NCBI GenBank assembly: GCA_050916045.1
Contig: CP051526.1
Span: 384,001-448,000 of the forward strand
Source: Tepidisphaera sp.
Lineage (GTDB): Bacteria > Planctomycetota > Phycisphaerae > Phycisphaerales > UBA1924
Length of the DNA stretch: 64,000 bases
Direction of reading: 5' to 3'
Below the pieces are notes generated by a model. The model was not told the origin of the DNA. It saw only the letters and a list, made by a program, of their open reading frames with translations, and ran no database searches. The number at the start of each line of letters is the position of its first letter. Within the stretch, counting starts at the first letter, position 1. The position numbers and the translations under genes are program-made. This document shows positions 60,867 to 64,000 of this stretch, one piece after another.

Positions 60867-60973
60867 AGCGGTGGCAGACTCGAGGTCGGAAGTCCTGTTC
60901 AGATTTGGAAGGTCAGATCAAGTAGCGAACCCAGCCCTCGCGTGACAAAGCGACGGCGCCTGGAGACAGAATC

Positions 60974-64000
<3,027 letters not shown>

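Overview
High-GC chromosomal window that looks like a Phycisphaerae-type planctomycete (inferred from the RpoB/RpoC sequence style, prepilin/H-X-DG protein, VPAP...RRRR sorting tails and dockerin-like tails ending in Gly-Cys). Housekeeping genes: hbd, tRNA-Thr(UGU), ppx, prpB, fmt, map, trpA, cysS, gatB, rplK-rplA-rplJ-rplL, rpoB and a 5' part of rpoC. Envelope genes: an lptF/G-ArnT-like-PAP2-lptF/G operon, GT4, FkbM, fcl and a flippase. The dominant accessory signal is a family of eight secreted proteins with different cargo domains that all end in a duplicated DFNxDG-DFFDY dockerin-like module with a terminal Gly-Cys. Other leads: one of these (an acid phosphatase) has a single in-frame TGA flanked by 10-bp direct repeats; the rplK leader holds an apparently circularly permuted L1-binding RNA motif; two tandem PEP-CTERM-like genes share a 5' leader hairpin with a compensatory change; a macrodomain-like orphan follows gatB; two response regulators have degenerate receivers. 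No CRISPR array, transposase, integrase, prophage or rRNA was recognised. All calls come from reading motifs by eye; no database searches were run.
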